Shown piece by piece: positions 50,105-60,300 of a DNA stretch of 64,000 nucleotides. The stretch is taken from NCBI GenBank assembly GCA_046343855.1, contig JBKDMX010000015.1, positions 15,745 through 79,744 on the forward strand. Direction: 5' to 3'. The notes beneath the pieces are model-generated. The model was not told the origin of the DNA. It saw only the letters and a program-made list of their open reading frames with translations, and made no database searches. The DNA comes from Planctomycetia bacterium. GTDB taxonomy: Bacteria > Planctomycetota > Planctomycetia > Pirellulales > UBA1268. Each line of letters begins with the position of its first letter. The first letter of the stretch is position 1. Position numbers and translations under genes: made by a program.

Positions 50105-51322
50105 ATGGACTCTCCCGCCAGCCACGCCACGCCGCCGGCCGCCCGCGGCCTGCTCGTCGTCACGATCGACCGCCTTCCCGCCTGGATGCTGCCCGCCTGG
50201 GGAGCCACCTGGGTGTCGACGCCGAATCTCGACGCGCTCGCGGGGCGGGGGCTCGTGTTCGACCGCCTGCTGGCCACGTCGCTCGATCCGCGTGCGACGC
50301 TCGGGGCGCTGGCTGCCGATGGTGGCCTCTGGCGGGAGGCCGCCGCGGCCGGCTGGTCGGCGGCGGTCGTCACCGACGAAGCCTCGCTGCCGGAGGTCAC
50401 GCCGGGCGTGGAACGCATCGAGGTGCCTGCTGCGGCCGTGGCCGTCACCGCAGCCGGCGATGACGACACGAACGCGGCGCGGCTCTGCGCGCGTGCCCGC
50501 GACATGGTCGCCGCGGGCGGCCATCGACTCGTGTGGTGCCACATGAGCGGCCTCGCCGTGGCGTGGGATGCGCCCGATGCCTGTCGCGAGGGCTACGTGG
50601 ATCCCGACGATCCACCGCCGCCGCCGGGCGCCCGCGTGCCGCATTTCACAGTCGGTGAAGACACCGATCCCGATCTCGTCGTCGGCATCCGGCAGGTCTT
50701 CGCGGGGCAGTTGACGCTCGTCGACCGTTGCCTGGGGACGTTGTTCGAGGCCGCCGCGGCCGCGGGCTGGGCGGTGCTCCTGGCCGGCGTGCGCGGGATG
50801 CCGCTGGGGCTGCATGGAGTGGTCGGCTGCGCGCAGGGCAATCCGCCGGGTGGCTTTGCCTACGGCGAATGGGCGCACCTGCCCGCGATCCTCGTCGATG
50901 CCGCGGGACGGATGGCGGGGCAGCGGTATTCCGGGCTCGTCGTGCCGGCGGAGATCGGCGCGACGCTCGTCGACATCGTCGCGGGCCGGCGGCCGTTGCC
51001 AAGCCCGCATCCGGCGAGTCTCATCGGGCTTTTCGACTCGTGGTCGGCACCCACCCGCGATCGCGTGATCATCGACGCCGGAGAGCAGGCGGCGATCGTG
51101 ACTGATGGCTGGCACCTCGTCGCCTCGCGTCCGCATGGCGGCGATGAGCAGCCCGCACGACTGTTTGCCAAGCCGGACGATTCCTTCGAGTTTTCCGACG
51201 TGGCAAACCGCTGTGCCGCCGTGGCCGACGAACTCGGGCAGGCGATCGAGCCGGTCTGGCGCGGCGCCATCGCAGACGCCTACGCCCGACCGCTCTCGCT
51301 CGACGCCACAACACCCTCGTAG
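50105..51322 (+). CDS. Degenerate sulfatase/alkaline-phosphatase superfamily protein
   Basis: LLVVTID, TPNLDALA..G.VF, QLTLVD..LG.L, HLPAI, LF..PDD..E..DVA. Lacks the C/SxPxR motif. Confidence 0.7.
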   Translation: MDSPASHATPPAARGLLVVTIDRLPAWMLPAWGATWVSTPNLDALAGRGLVFDRLLATSLDPRATLGALAADGGLWREAAAAGWSAAVVTDEASLPEVTPGVERIEVPAAAVAVTAAGDDDTNAARLCARARDMVAAGGHRLVWCHMSGLAVAWDAPDACREGYVDPDDPPPPPGARVPHFTVGEDTDPDLVVGIRQVFAGQLTLVDRCLGTLFEAAAAAGWAVLLAGVRGMPLGLHGVVGCAQGNPPGGFAYGEWAHLPAILVDAAGRMAGQRYSGLVVPAEIGATLVDIVAGRRPLPSPHPASLIGLFDSWSAPTRDRVIIDAGEQAAIVTDGWHLVASRPHGGDEQPARLFAKPDDSFEFSDVANRCAAVADELGQAIEPVWRGAIADAYARPLSLDATTPS

Positions 51323-51352
51323 ACCGCTTCCGGAGCAAGCGGTCTACGAGGG
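51314..51352. repeat. REP family C overlapping a stop codon
   Basis: CCCTCGTAGACCGCTT-CCGGAGC-AAGCGGTCTACGAGGG. TAG at 51320-51322 is the stop of the upstream CDS. Confidence 0.85.
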
Positions 51353-51490
51353 GCGGTCTCTCTGGGCCGTATTTCCCGGGGCTTCTCGACGGTCAACCTC
51401 CCTTTGCGGGGCCGGGCGGGGCCGCTATGCTCCCCGCCCCTTTGATCCCCCAGTGTGATCCCCCAGAGTGCCTCGCCCACCGATCACTTC

Positions 51491-54400
51491 ATGGCCGATT
51501 CGCTTCCACCTCTTCGAACACGATTGCTGCGCCGCGTCGGCCTGGCCTGCGCCATCGTGATCGCGATGCTCTCCGGCCGGCCGGCGCGGGCTGTCGGCGG
51601 TGATCTGCCGGTGGCGATTCGCGTGACCTGGGGAGGCGGGAAGGCCGTCGCCTGGTCGGGCAGCATCCGGTTGATCGGCTTCCCCGACTCGAGTGGAGCG
51701 CAAACGACCGCGGCCACGGTGCCTGAGTGGCGAATCCTGTCTGACGATCCATCGGCGCCGGCGACGATGCACGCCGATTCGAGCGGCATCGTGATCCACG
51801 AGGAGCGTGGGCTCGACCTCAACGGTGTGGAATTGCAGGTGGCCGACTGGCGCCGGGCCCGATTGAGCGTGGAGCTTGTGCCCAAGAGCGGGCGTGACAA
51901 GCCGACGCGGGTCGACGTCGCGGTGGCGGATCTCGTCGTGTCGCCCGTGCAGCAATCGCTCGATGCCGACGGCAATCGGCTTGCAATCAGGCGGGCGCCC
52001 GGAGACGAACTGCGGGTCGTCTTCGACGAAGCCGCCACGTCGATCCGCAGGTCCGGTGAAACGATCCGGTTTACGGTGCATCCGCTGTTGTCTCGCATGG
52101 CGACGGCGACGGCGCCCGAGCTGCGGCTGCGGCTGAAGCGTTCGGCCGGGGGCGCCGAAATCCAAGCACAGTCGAAGGTTCTCGAAGTTCTTTCGGACGA
52201 GGCGCCGCGCGCCGCGGGGCCCGCGCCGCAGCAATGTGCCCCGGTGCCGCTCGCGGTCACCTTGCCGGAGCAGGAAGGCGGCTACGACATCGAGATGGAG
52301 CTCGTCGAGCGCGGCGGGCTGCGTTGGTCGCGATCGCTTGCCACACGAACGCTGCAGGTGGTCGCCGTCGCCGATGCCGCGCCGAAAGAACCCGCCGGTG
52401 ACGATTGGCGAGTGGTCTATGAGCTCGACCCGGGAAGCCCGAAGCTGCTCGAACGGCTGCGGCGTCTGCCGGGCGTCTCCATGCCGTCGATGGGGATGCC
52501 GTCGGTTCCCATGCCGAAAATGCCGCTGCCATCGTTCTCGCTGCCGAAGGTGCCGCTTCCCACGCCGTCGTTGCCGAACGTGCCGCTGCCCAATGTGCCG
52601 GTGCCCAAGATGCCGGTCCCCAAGATGCCCTCGGTCAATTCGATGGTGCCAGGTCTTTCGGGCCTGCTTTCGGTGGGGCATTCGACGCTCGACACCCATC
52701 CATTGGGGGCGATGCTGAAGCTGCCTGCGGCGGGCGCGGAGCCAGCGTGGGAGGGGATCGCGCTGGTGTCGGCGGAGACCGGCAGGCCGCATCTGGTGGA
52801 GATCGAGTATCCGCTCGACCAAGACACGCTCGTCGGCGTGCGAGTGCTCGAGCAGTCGGGGGCCGTCGTGCGGGCCACCGGAGGCAGCGGCTTCGAGGTG
52901 CGCCGGCCGCTCGTTTCCGGCGGAGCAACGCCGAAGCTGGGCGTGCATCGCTTCGTCTTTTGGCCGCACACGCGAACGCCGCTCCTGCTCGTCGCGAACC
53001 TCTCGCCGCGATCGACCGCGAGCTTCGGCCGCGTGCGCATCCTCGCCGGCCCGTCCCGTCTCGCCGCCGCCGCCAGCCTGGCGCAGCAGGGCAGCTCGCG
53101 GCGAGTGCTCATGCACCTGCCCACGGCCGACTTCTCGTCGTTCGGAGCCGTCGATGGGTCGCGGGACTGGGATGCCTTGCTCGGGGGCGTGCGGCGATCG
53201 GCTGAATGGGCCTTGGCCCAGGGCGTCGCGGGCGCGGTGCTCGGCGTCTATGCCGATGGCGCCGCCATCTGGCCGACGGCGCTCACGCACGGCGCGCCGC
53301 GGTGGGGCAGCGGGGGATCGTTCGACGGCGCGGTTGAGACGATCCCAAAAGACGTGCTCGAACTTGCCTGTCAGATCTATGAGCGGGAGCGGCTGCGGCT
53401 CGTGCCGGCGGTCGTCTGCAATGGCGCCGTGCCGGCGCTCGAGGCGCTGGCCGCACGCGACGGAGAGCCCGCGGGCATTCTCTGCGTCGGTCGCGACGGG
53501 CGAACCGACTCGGGCGGCGACGGCACGCGGGCGATCCGCTACAACATTCTCGACCCACGGGTGCAAGACGTGGTGGAGCGGCTCGTCTCGGAGTTGGCCG
53601 ACCGCATCAGTGCATCGTCCGCCGTCGATGGGATCGCGATCGTCCTTCCGCACGACGGTTGGCTCCACGCACCCGGTGTGGCATGGGGCCTCGATGACAC
53701 GACGTTCGGCCGCTTCATTGCGGCGGCAGGGCAGGAGGCGGCGGTGCTCGCCGGCCCCGTGCTCCCCGGTGTCGATCCGAATAGCCGCCGATTCGAGGGG
53801 CGGGCGGCGCTCGTCGAGGGTCCGCTGCGCGAGCAATGGCTGGCCTGGAGGGAAACGGAGGTGGCCGCCTTCTACGGACGCCTGGCCGATACGATCGTGG
53901 CCCGCAAGGGTTCCTGGAACCTGTATGTCGCGCCGACGACGCTCTTCGTGGCTGGGCCGCTGGCCGCCCGGTTTCGGCCGACGCTCGCGGCGAATCCGCC
54001 GGACGCCGACGTCATGCGGTCGATCGCGCTCGACCCGGGCCGCATCACGGCGCACGACCGTATCGTCTACGTCTCGCCGCACGTGCACGCGGCGACCGAC
54101 GACGTGGTCGAGCGCGGGCTCGTGCACCAGGCCAACCACTCGTTGCCGCTCCTGCGGGCCGCGGCGCAGGCGGCGCGTCGTGGGGCCGCCTTCGTGGAGC
54201 AGCCCGCCACGCTCGACGTGAGGCCCGTGCTGTCGCATGGCCCCTTCGCCACCACCACCGCGGCGCCTGTGGCCGTGCCGGCGGTGTCGACCGGCGTCGA
54301 GGTGCGACGGCCGCTGGCCGAGGCGCTCGTGGCATCGGACATCGAAGTGGTCTTCGACATGGGGCTCGCGCACCGAAGGATCGACGACGATGACCGACGG

Positions 54401-55504
54401 CGCCAGCGGGCGATCGAGTTGCTGCCGGCCGAACGCCTCGAATTGGTCGAACAAGCCCCCGCGCCGCTCGTCGTGCGTACCAAGACGGGCGAGTCGGGCA
54501 CGTGGGTGACCGTCGTCAATGCGAGCGCCGCGGCCTGCCGGGCGGCGGTGTCGTGCGACCACGCGCCGCCGGCCGCCGTCGATGCGGCCACGCGGGCGGC
54601 GCTGCCCGTCGCGCCCGCGGGCGAGGTCGCCATCGATCTCGACGCCTGGGAGACGAAGACGATCGTCTTCGAAGGAGAGCGGCGGGTCGTGTCGGCCCGG
54701 CCGGCATTCGCGCCGGAGATGCAGGAGCAGATCGCCCGGCTGATCGCCGACCTCGGACAACGTCGTGCCGCGCTCGAGGCCGCCGTGCCGATGGCGGTGC
54801 TCGACAATCCGGGCTTCGAACTGCCGCAGTTGGGCGGGCTGGTGCCGGGTTGGGAATTGCTCGAGCCGAAGCGCGGCTCGCTTGCGCTCGTGGCCGGCCG
54901 GCCGGCGGATGGCGGGCGCGGTGCGCGGTTCGCCTCGGTCAACGGGCTCGCGACGCTCCGCTCCAATCCGTTTCCGCCGCCGACGACCGGCCGCATCAGC
55001 GTCGCCGTGTGGGTGCGGATCGCGGCGGGCGACCAGCAGCCCCCGTTGCGGATCGCCATCGAGGGCGTCGAGGACGATCGCGAGTTCTACCGATTCGCTC
55101 CGGTGGGCCGCGGTTCGGGCGCAATGCCGGTATCCGGCGAATGGTCGCAATTCGTGCTGCAGATCGACGACCTCCCGACGCGGGGCATCGAATCGCTGCG
55201 GGTGCGGCTCGACCTGCTCGGGCCGGGCACGATCGAGCTCGACGACGTGCGGGTGTTCGATCTGGCGTTCGACGAATCGCAGCGGGTGCAGCTCACGAGG
55301 CTGCTGGCCGTCGCAGAGGAACGGCTCGTTGCCGGCGACCTCGGCGGCTGTTTGATCCAGCTCGAGGGCTACTGGCCGCGGTTTCTCGCCGAGCGGGTTC
55401 CTGCGGAAGGGCCGCTGTCGGTCGCGGAGCCGGCCGTCGGCCCGAAGGCATCTCAGCCGAGTCGCACGAGCGTAATGGATCGCGTTCGCCGCTGGTGGCA
55501 GTAA
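51491..55504 (+). CDS. Large exported protein, possibly a GHL10-like barrel with C-terminal CBM-like domain; Pro-rich pentapeptide linker
   Basis: Signal peptide, YNILDPRVQ..V.ELA....VDGI (GHL10-like), LDNPGFE...PGW...LDDV (CBM-like). Family call is tentative. Confidence 0.6.
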   Translation: MADSLPPLRTRLLRRVGLACAIVIAMLSGRPARAVGGDLPVAIRVTWGGGKAVAWSGSIRLIGFPDSSGAQTTAATVPEWRILSDDPSAPATMHADSSGIVIHEERGLDLNGVELQVADWRRARLSVELVPKSGRDKPTRVDVAVADLVVSPVQQSLDADGNRLAIRRAPGDELRVVFDEAATSIRRSGETIRFTVHPLLSRMATATAPELRLRLKRSAGGAEIQAQSKVLEVLSDEAPRAAGPAPQQCAPVPLAVTLPEQEGGYDIEMELVERGGLRWSRSLATRTLQVVAVADAAPKEPAGDDWRVVYELDPGSPKLLERLRRLPGVSMPSMGMPSVPMPKMPLPSFSLPKVPLPTPSLPNVPLPNVPVPKMPVPKMPSVNSMVPGLSGLLSVGHSTLDTHPLGAMLKLPAAGAEPAWEGIALVSAETGRPHLVEIEYPLDQDTLVGVRVLEQSGAVVRATGGSGFEVRRPLVSGGATPKLGVHRFVFWPHTRTPLLLVANLSPRSTASFGRVRILAGPSRLAAAASLAQQGSSRRVLMHLPTADFSSFGAVDGSRDWDALLGGVRRSAEWALAQGVAGAVLGVYADGAAIWPTALTHGAPRWGSGGSFDGAVETIPKDVLELACQIYERERLRLVPAVVCNGAVPALEALAARDGEPAGILCVGRDGRTDSGGDGTRAIRYNILDPRVQDVVERLVSELADRISASSAVDGIAIVLPHDGWLHAPGVAWGLDDTTFGRFIAAAGQEAAVLAGPVLPGVDPNSRRFEGRAALVEGPLREQWLAWRETEVAAFYGRLADTIVARKGSWNLYVAPTTLFVAGPLAARFRPTLAANPPDADVMRSIALDPGRITAHDRIVYVSPHVHAATDDVVERGLVHQANHSLPLLRAAAQAARRGAAFVEQPATLDVRPVLSHGPFATTTAAPVAVPAVSTGVEVRRPLAEALVASDIEVVFDMGLAHRRIDDDDRRRQRAIELLPAERLELVEQAPAPLVVRTKTGESGTWVTVVNASAAACRAAVSCDHAPPAAVDAATRAALPVAPAGEVAIDLDAWETKTIVFEGERRVVSARPAFAPEMQEQIARLIADLGQRRAALEAAVPMAVLDNPGFELPQLGGLVPGWELLEPKRGSLALVAGRPADGGRGARFASVNGLATLRSNPFPPPTTGRISVAVWVRIAAGDQQPPLRIAIEGVEDDREFYRFAPVGRGSGAMPVSGEWSQFVLQIDDLPTRGIESLRVRLDLLGPGTIELDDVRVFDLAFDESQRVQLTRLLAVAEERLVAGDLGGCLIQLEGYWPRFLAERVPAEGPLSVAEPAVGPKASQPSRTSVMDRVRRWWQ

Positions 55505-55509
55505 GCGGG

Positions 55510-55827
55510 CTATTCAGCCGGATTGACGTCGGAGGGCTGGGCGGGCTTGCGGCTCCGGCGACGGGGCGTTCGCGGCAACGCCCATTCTTTCGTCAGTTCC
55601 TCGAACACCTCCGGCGTCTCGTAGCGGATGACGCCCGTGCCCTCGGGCATCGGTCCGATGAGCGACCGGAAGACCGGCGCCCCGCGCAGCTCCAGATCGG
55701 TGCTGCAGTCGTCCACGCCCATCTGCAGATGCGTCCGCAGGATCGCCTCGGGTGAATCGAAATCGTGGATCACGAGCTCCCCGTCGGGGCCGCGGGTCAC
55801 GATCCGCCAGGTGTTTTTCTTCGCCAT
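55510..55827 (-). CDS. Small hypothetical protein
   Basis: GAGGGAG RBS, 105 aa, host-like codon usage. Confidence 0.75.
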   Translation of the reverse strand: MAKKNTWRIVTRGPDGELVIHDFDSPEAILRTHLQMGVDDCSTDLELRGAPVFRSLIGPMPEGTGVIRYETPEVFEELTKEWALPRTPRRRSRKPAQPSDVNPAE

Positions 55828-55936
55828 GATTCTCCCTCGTTGAGGGAGTCATCGGCCGGCGACAGGCGGGTTCGCGAATCGGGGCCGGCGGAGTGTCATC
55901 GCCGTCACCAGCGGTCCAACCGGAACGGCCTCCAGG

Positions 55937-57094
55937 TCAGGCGGTGCAGCCCGACGCCAGGGCTTCGGGTGTGGCGGGCCGCCGGCCGAAGTCGGTCTCG
56001 ATCGCATGCTTCGACATTCTCAAGAGCGTCGCGTCGTCGAGCGTGGGGCAGGGGATGTGACCGGCAATCGCGTCGGTGTTGCTTCTGTCGAAGGAGGGAT
56101 CATTGCGGAAGTAGCTCTGGTAGACGTCGAGTTGCGTCCGCAGGTTGTCGGCGAACCAGTGTTCGTCACAGAGATCCGGATCGTCCGGCGACGCGGCCTG
56201 CGAATACCGCTCGACCGCCTCCTGGATGACTCGGCCCACCGCGAGCATCGGCAACGGGTCCGAGTGGGTGACGTGCAGCGTGCGGCCCCGCACGTCGGGT
56301 GTCTGCACGGCATGGGCGATGACCTGCGCGACCCAATCCACCGGAACGAAGTTTTTGCGATCCGCAGGATCGACGCCGAGCAGACCGAGCATCGCCGGGC
56401 CGCTCGTCGAGCCGATGGCTACTCGCGTGAGGAGCGTGTGGCCGAGCCGCAGCCCCGCGAAGAAGCCGTGGTAGGTGGACGTGAAGCCGGTGCGGGAATC
56501 GCCGACGATGATCGACGGGCGATAGACCGTCGCCGAGGCCAGGTGGTCGGCGGTGCGCACCATCTTTTCGGCCTCGACCTTGCTCATCTCGTAGTCGTTG
56601 CCGAACGCCTGCCCCACGTCGAGATCGTCCTCGAGCACCACGCCGCTGCGGAGGCCGCAGACGTAGGCGGTGGAGACGTGGTGAAAGTGCTCGATGCCCG
56701 TGGCGCGAGCCAGATCGAGCACGTTGCGGGTGCCCGTCACGTTCGTCAGCCAGGGCTCGGCGCCGCGGTCGGTGCCGCGGAAGCTGAGCGAGGCGGCGTT
56801 GTGCAACACGTCGCCGCAGTTCCAGTGGATCCAGTGGCGGTCTTCCTCGCCGAGGCCGCAGAGCGGCTCGTTCAGATCGCCCTCGAAGACCACCGGCCGG
56901 GGGAGGCTCATGCCAAGCGCGTCTTCCCACTGTTGCACGACCGCGTCGACGCGGCTGGCGGCCGATCGCTTGCGATCTCGCCGCACGATGAGCGCGAGGC
57001 GGCGGCCCGCGAGGAGCAGATCGCGGACGAGGTATGAGCCGAGCAGGCCGGTGCTGCCGGTCAGGAGCAGGTGATCGGGGGCGGAAAGGGTCAA
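55937..57094 (-). CDS. Extended SDR, thioester/fatty acyl-CoA reductase-like (NAD_binding_4)
   Basis: LLTGSTGLLG, LHNAA, HVSTAYV, YEMSK, YRPSIIVG, FVPVDWV. TTG start inferred. Confidence 0.85.
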   Translation of the reverse strand: MTLSAPDHLLLTGSTGLLGSYLVRDLLLAGRRLALIVRRDRKRSAASRVDAVVQQWEDALGMSLPRPVVFEGDLNEPLCGLGEEDRHWIHWNCGDVLHNAASLSFRGTDRGAEPWLTNVTGTRNVLDLARATGIEHFHHVSTAYVCGLRSGVVLEDDLDVGQAFGNDYEMSKVEAEKMVRTADHLASATVYRPSIIVGDSRTGFTSTYHGFFAGLRLGHTLLTRVAIGSTSGPAMLGLLGVDPADRKNFVPVDWVAQVIAHAVQTPDVRGRTLHVTHSDPLPMLAVGRVIQEAVERYSQAASPDDPDLCDEHWFADNLRTQLDVYQSYFRNDPSFDRSNTDAIAGHIPCPTLDDATLLRMSKHAIETDFGRRPATPEALASGCTA

Positions 57095-57179
57095 CGCTGC
57101 CTTCGTGCGGCGAAGAGAGGTCTGGATGGGATGCGACGCAAGGTACCCCTCGTTTCGCGGCCCGACAAGGGTGATGAAC

Positions 57180-57209
57180 TTGAGCCGCGAAGGCATCGCG
57201 ATTTATATT
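57180..57209 (+). promoter_or_regulatory. Putative sigma70 promoter of tRNA-Ser
   Basis: TTGAGC-N18-TATATT, ending 14 nt before the tRNA. Confidence 0.6.
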
Positions 57210-57223
57210 GACGATGTCGATTC

Positions 57224-57306
57224 GGAGGGTAAGCGAATTGGCCAGCGGTCTGACTCGAAATCAGATGTCCCGAAAGGGATTGTGGGTTCGAATCCCATGC
57301 CCACCG
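57224..57306 (+). tRNA. tRNA-Ser(CGA), atypical acceptor and D arm, no encoded CCA
   Basis: Anticodon arm TCTGA-CT-CGA-AA-TCAGA, long variable arm GTCCC-GAAA-GGGAT, T arm GTGGG-TTCGAAT-CCCAT, discriminator G73. Confidence 0.88.
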
Positions 57307-57311
57307 CTTCC

Positions 57312-57340
57312 GTAGGCCGCTTGCGACGCAAGCGGCCTCC
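57312..57340. repeat. REP-C variant between tRNA and addA stop
   Basis: GT-AGGCCGCTTGCG-A-CGCAAGCGGCCT palindrome. Confidence 0.75.
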
Positions 57341-60300
57341 TTACACGGCGACGACGGTGCCGGCCCGCATGAAGACGAGGTTGGCGGTAATGCAGCGGGG
57401 CGCGAGGCCGAAAAGCTGCCCGACCGCGCGGCGGTAGTCGGTGAGTTGCGGCGTGTAGAAGGCCGTCTTCTCGGCGATGAGCCTGGCCTGCTCGGCCGCG
57501 CCCGCGTCGCCCCCCACGCCGTCGAACTTGAAGTCGATCACCTCCGCGGCGATCGGCTTGCCATCGCGCGACCAGACCACGAGCCGGTCGATCACGCCCT
57601 GCATGATGCCCTGCTCGTCGCGGAGCACGAACGCATGCTCGCGCAAGAGCCGCGGCTCGGCCGGGCCGGCGACGATGCCGCGGGCGACGAATGTCTGCGG
57701 GAGCATCGCCGGTGGCTCCGCGAGCACCGCGGCGACGGCGGGGCGGCCGACCATCGTGCGGAAGTCGGCCAGAAGCGTGTGGTGCTGCGCGGCAATCGCC
57801 GGATGCTGGGTTGCAAGCGCCGGATGCTGCGTTGCGATCGCCAGCAGTCGTTCGTCGGAGGGAATGATCGCCGGCCAGCCGAGTTCCTCGGCCCAGGCGT
57901 GGAGGAGCGTGCCGACGTCCTTGGCCTGTTGGGAGCCCGCGTCGAGGAGCGCCGCCGCGGTCATGATGCGGCCGCCCTCGGCCGACGACGGTGTTCGCAG
58001 GGGCGCGCCGCGGCGGCGCACGCCGTCGGCGAGCGGCGCGAGGAAGATCGGTCCGGCGATCGCCGTCACCGTAGCCGGCGCTGCCGTCGCGGCGCCCGCC
58101 ATGAGCCTGTCGTTGCCTGCATCGGCATGGTGCGCATGCGTGAAGAGCACCGTGTCCGGCGGCGCATCCGGCGTGTCGGGCAGCGTGGCCCGCAGGGTGC
58201 CCGCCAGCGTCGTCGGCAGTTTCTTTTCGTTGTCTTTCGCCGGCGCGATCACGATCTCGAGGCCCTGGATCGCGCGGGTGAGCCCCACGTAGAGCGTCGC
58301 GATCGCCTCGCGGACGATCGGCTGCGGAGCCGCATCGCACCGCGCTTTCCACTCGGCGGGAAGGAGCGGCTGCAGTTCCTTCGGCACGGCGGCAAGCACC
58401 CGCCGGATCGGCGCGAGCGGGCCCGCCCGGTCGATCACCACCCGCGGCGCACGGGGCATGAGTTTGCGGTCGAGGTCGGTGAGCACGACGAGGTCGAACT
58501 CGAGCCCCTTCGCCTTGTGGATCGTCATCACCCGAATCGGCGAAGGCACCGGATCGGCCACGCTCGTGCGACGGCATTGAGCGATGAAGTTGGCGGTGCG
58601 AGCGAGGCCCACGCGCGGTCCACCGGCCGCCAGATCCCAGGCCCGCGCCGATTCGACGAATTGCTCGAGCCGCCGCGCATCCCGCTGAGAACCGCTCGGC
58701 GCCACGATGGCTGCGAGCCGGCCGAGCACGGGGCCGTAGCCCTCGTCGATGAGCTCGCGCCGCAGCCGGTCGATCGCCGCGATGCACCCCGGGGGCGGGG
58801 CCGCTGCGGCGGCCGTCGCGTCGTCGAGCCCGAGGGCGGCCGCGAGCGGCGACCGGCCGACATGAAAGCGGGCGATCGAATCGGAGGGATGGTCGACGAG
58901 CGTGAGCACCGAGAGGAGCAGCTCCACGGCGGGCGAATCGTCGAGCGGATTGCCCCCCTCGGCACTGGCCACGATGTTTTCGCAGCCCTTGAGTCGGGCG
59001 ATCACCTGCTCGGCGGCGCGATTGGTCCGCACGAGCACGCCGATCCGCGCGGCGGGATTTGCCCGCGCGAGCGCCGCGGCCCGCGCAGCCGCGTGCGCGA
59101 GGACCACGTCAGGCTGCTTCTCGTCGTCGCCCGCGGCCGGCGCCGTCCGCAGCCGAACCCAGCCGGGCAGGGACCGGTTCCGCGCCGCCGCGGCGTGCGG
59201 CACGAATGATTCGGCCCACCGCGCCGCCACCTCGGCATGCTCGGCCAGCGGCTCGCAGCCGGCGAGATGCTCGAACACCTTGTTCACGACGTCGAGCACG
59301 GCTGGGCTCGAGCGGTAGCTCTCCGAAAGCTGCAGCATCGCCAGTGGCGTCGCGGCCTGGTCGAAGAAGTCGGCGAGCGAATCGATCAATTCGGCCTTGC
59401 CGCCGCGCCAGCCGTAGATCGCCTGCTTGTCGTCGCCCACGGCGAAGAAACTGCCGCCGCTGGTGGCCGTGTGCTCGGCGAGCCGTTCGAGCACCCGCCA
59501 CTGCGCGAGCGACGTGTCTTGGAATTCGTCGAGCAAGAGGTGCTTCGCGAACGAGATGCCCCGCCACCGCGCGGCGTCGAGCGTCCCGTCGCTCGCGGCC
59601 AGGCCGACCAGGCGCGTGACGTCGTCGAACGACACGATCCCCTCCGCCGCGGCGAGGCGGTCGGTCGTCTCGACATACCGGTCGAGCACGTCGCGCATGC
59701 CACGGGTCTGCGCCTTGATCCTGGCGAGCACCATCGTCTGTGCCAGATCGAGCAGTGTACGATAGGCCGCCTCCACCTCGGGCTCGATCGGCTTGTTGGA
59801 ATAGGTCGCTTCGCCGGCGAGCACCTTGCCCGCGATGCCCTTGCCCGCGAACGTCTTCCAGTCGGCGGCGCGAAACGCGACGAGATCCTTGTCGCGGGCC
59901 TGCGCGAGCCGCTTGTCGGTGAAAGCCGTCGCCTCGATCGCGGCCATGGCGGCGTTGATCGCGTCTTCGGCAGGGGGGCGGGGCACCGTGAGCCAGTCCC
60001 AGGCGGAGTGCTCGGCCTCGCGATGCACGGCCGCCAGATCGGCGACGACACCCTCGAGCAGTGATTCGAGGCCGGTGGTCGTCGCTCCGCCCGACACGCG
60101 GACGAGGAGGGCGGCCATCGTGGCCGCCGGGGAGCGGCCGTCGTCGTCACCGACGGCCTGTTCGATCGTGCCGTGGATCGCCCGCCGCCGCTGCGATGCG
60201 AGCTCGGCCTCCGTGCCGATCGTCCAATTGGCGGGCAACCCGAGTTCGAACCGCGTGGCATCGGCGCAATGGACGAAGAAGCTGTCGAGCGTGCCCACCG

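Noticed and set aside
51425..55150. Very long antisense or alternate-frame ORFs (e.g. 51425-55150, 42179-45886, 39442-41766, 1254-3155)
   Set aside because: Arg/Ala/Pro-rich shadows of real genes, expected at this GC content; no recognisable motifs.
57224..57345. tRNA as integration site of a genomic island
   Set aside because: No integrase and no duplicated tRNA 3' end were seen; the flanks are host-like genes.
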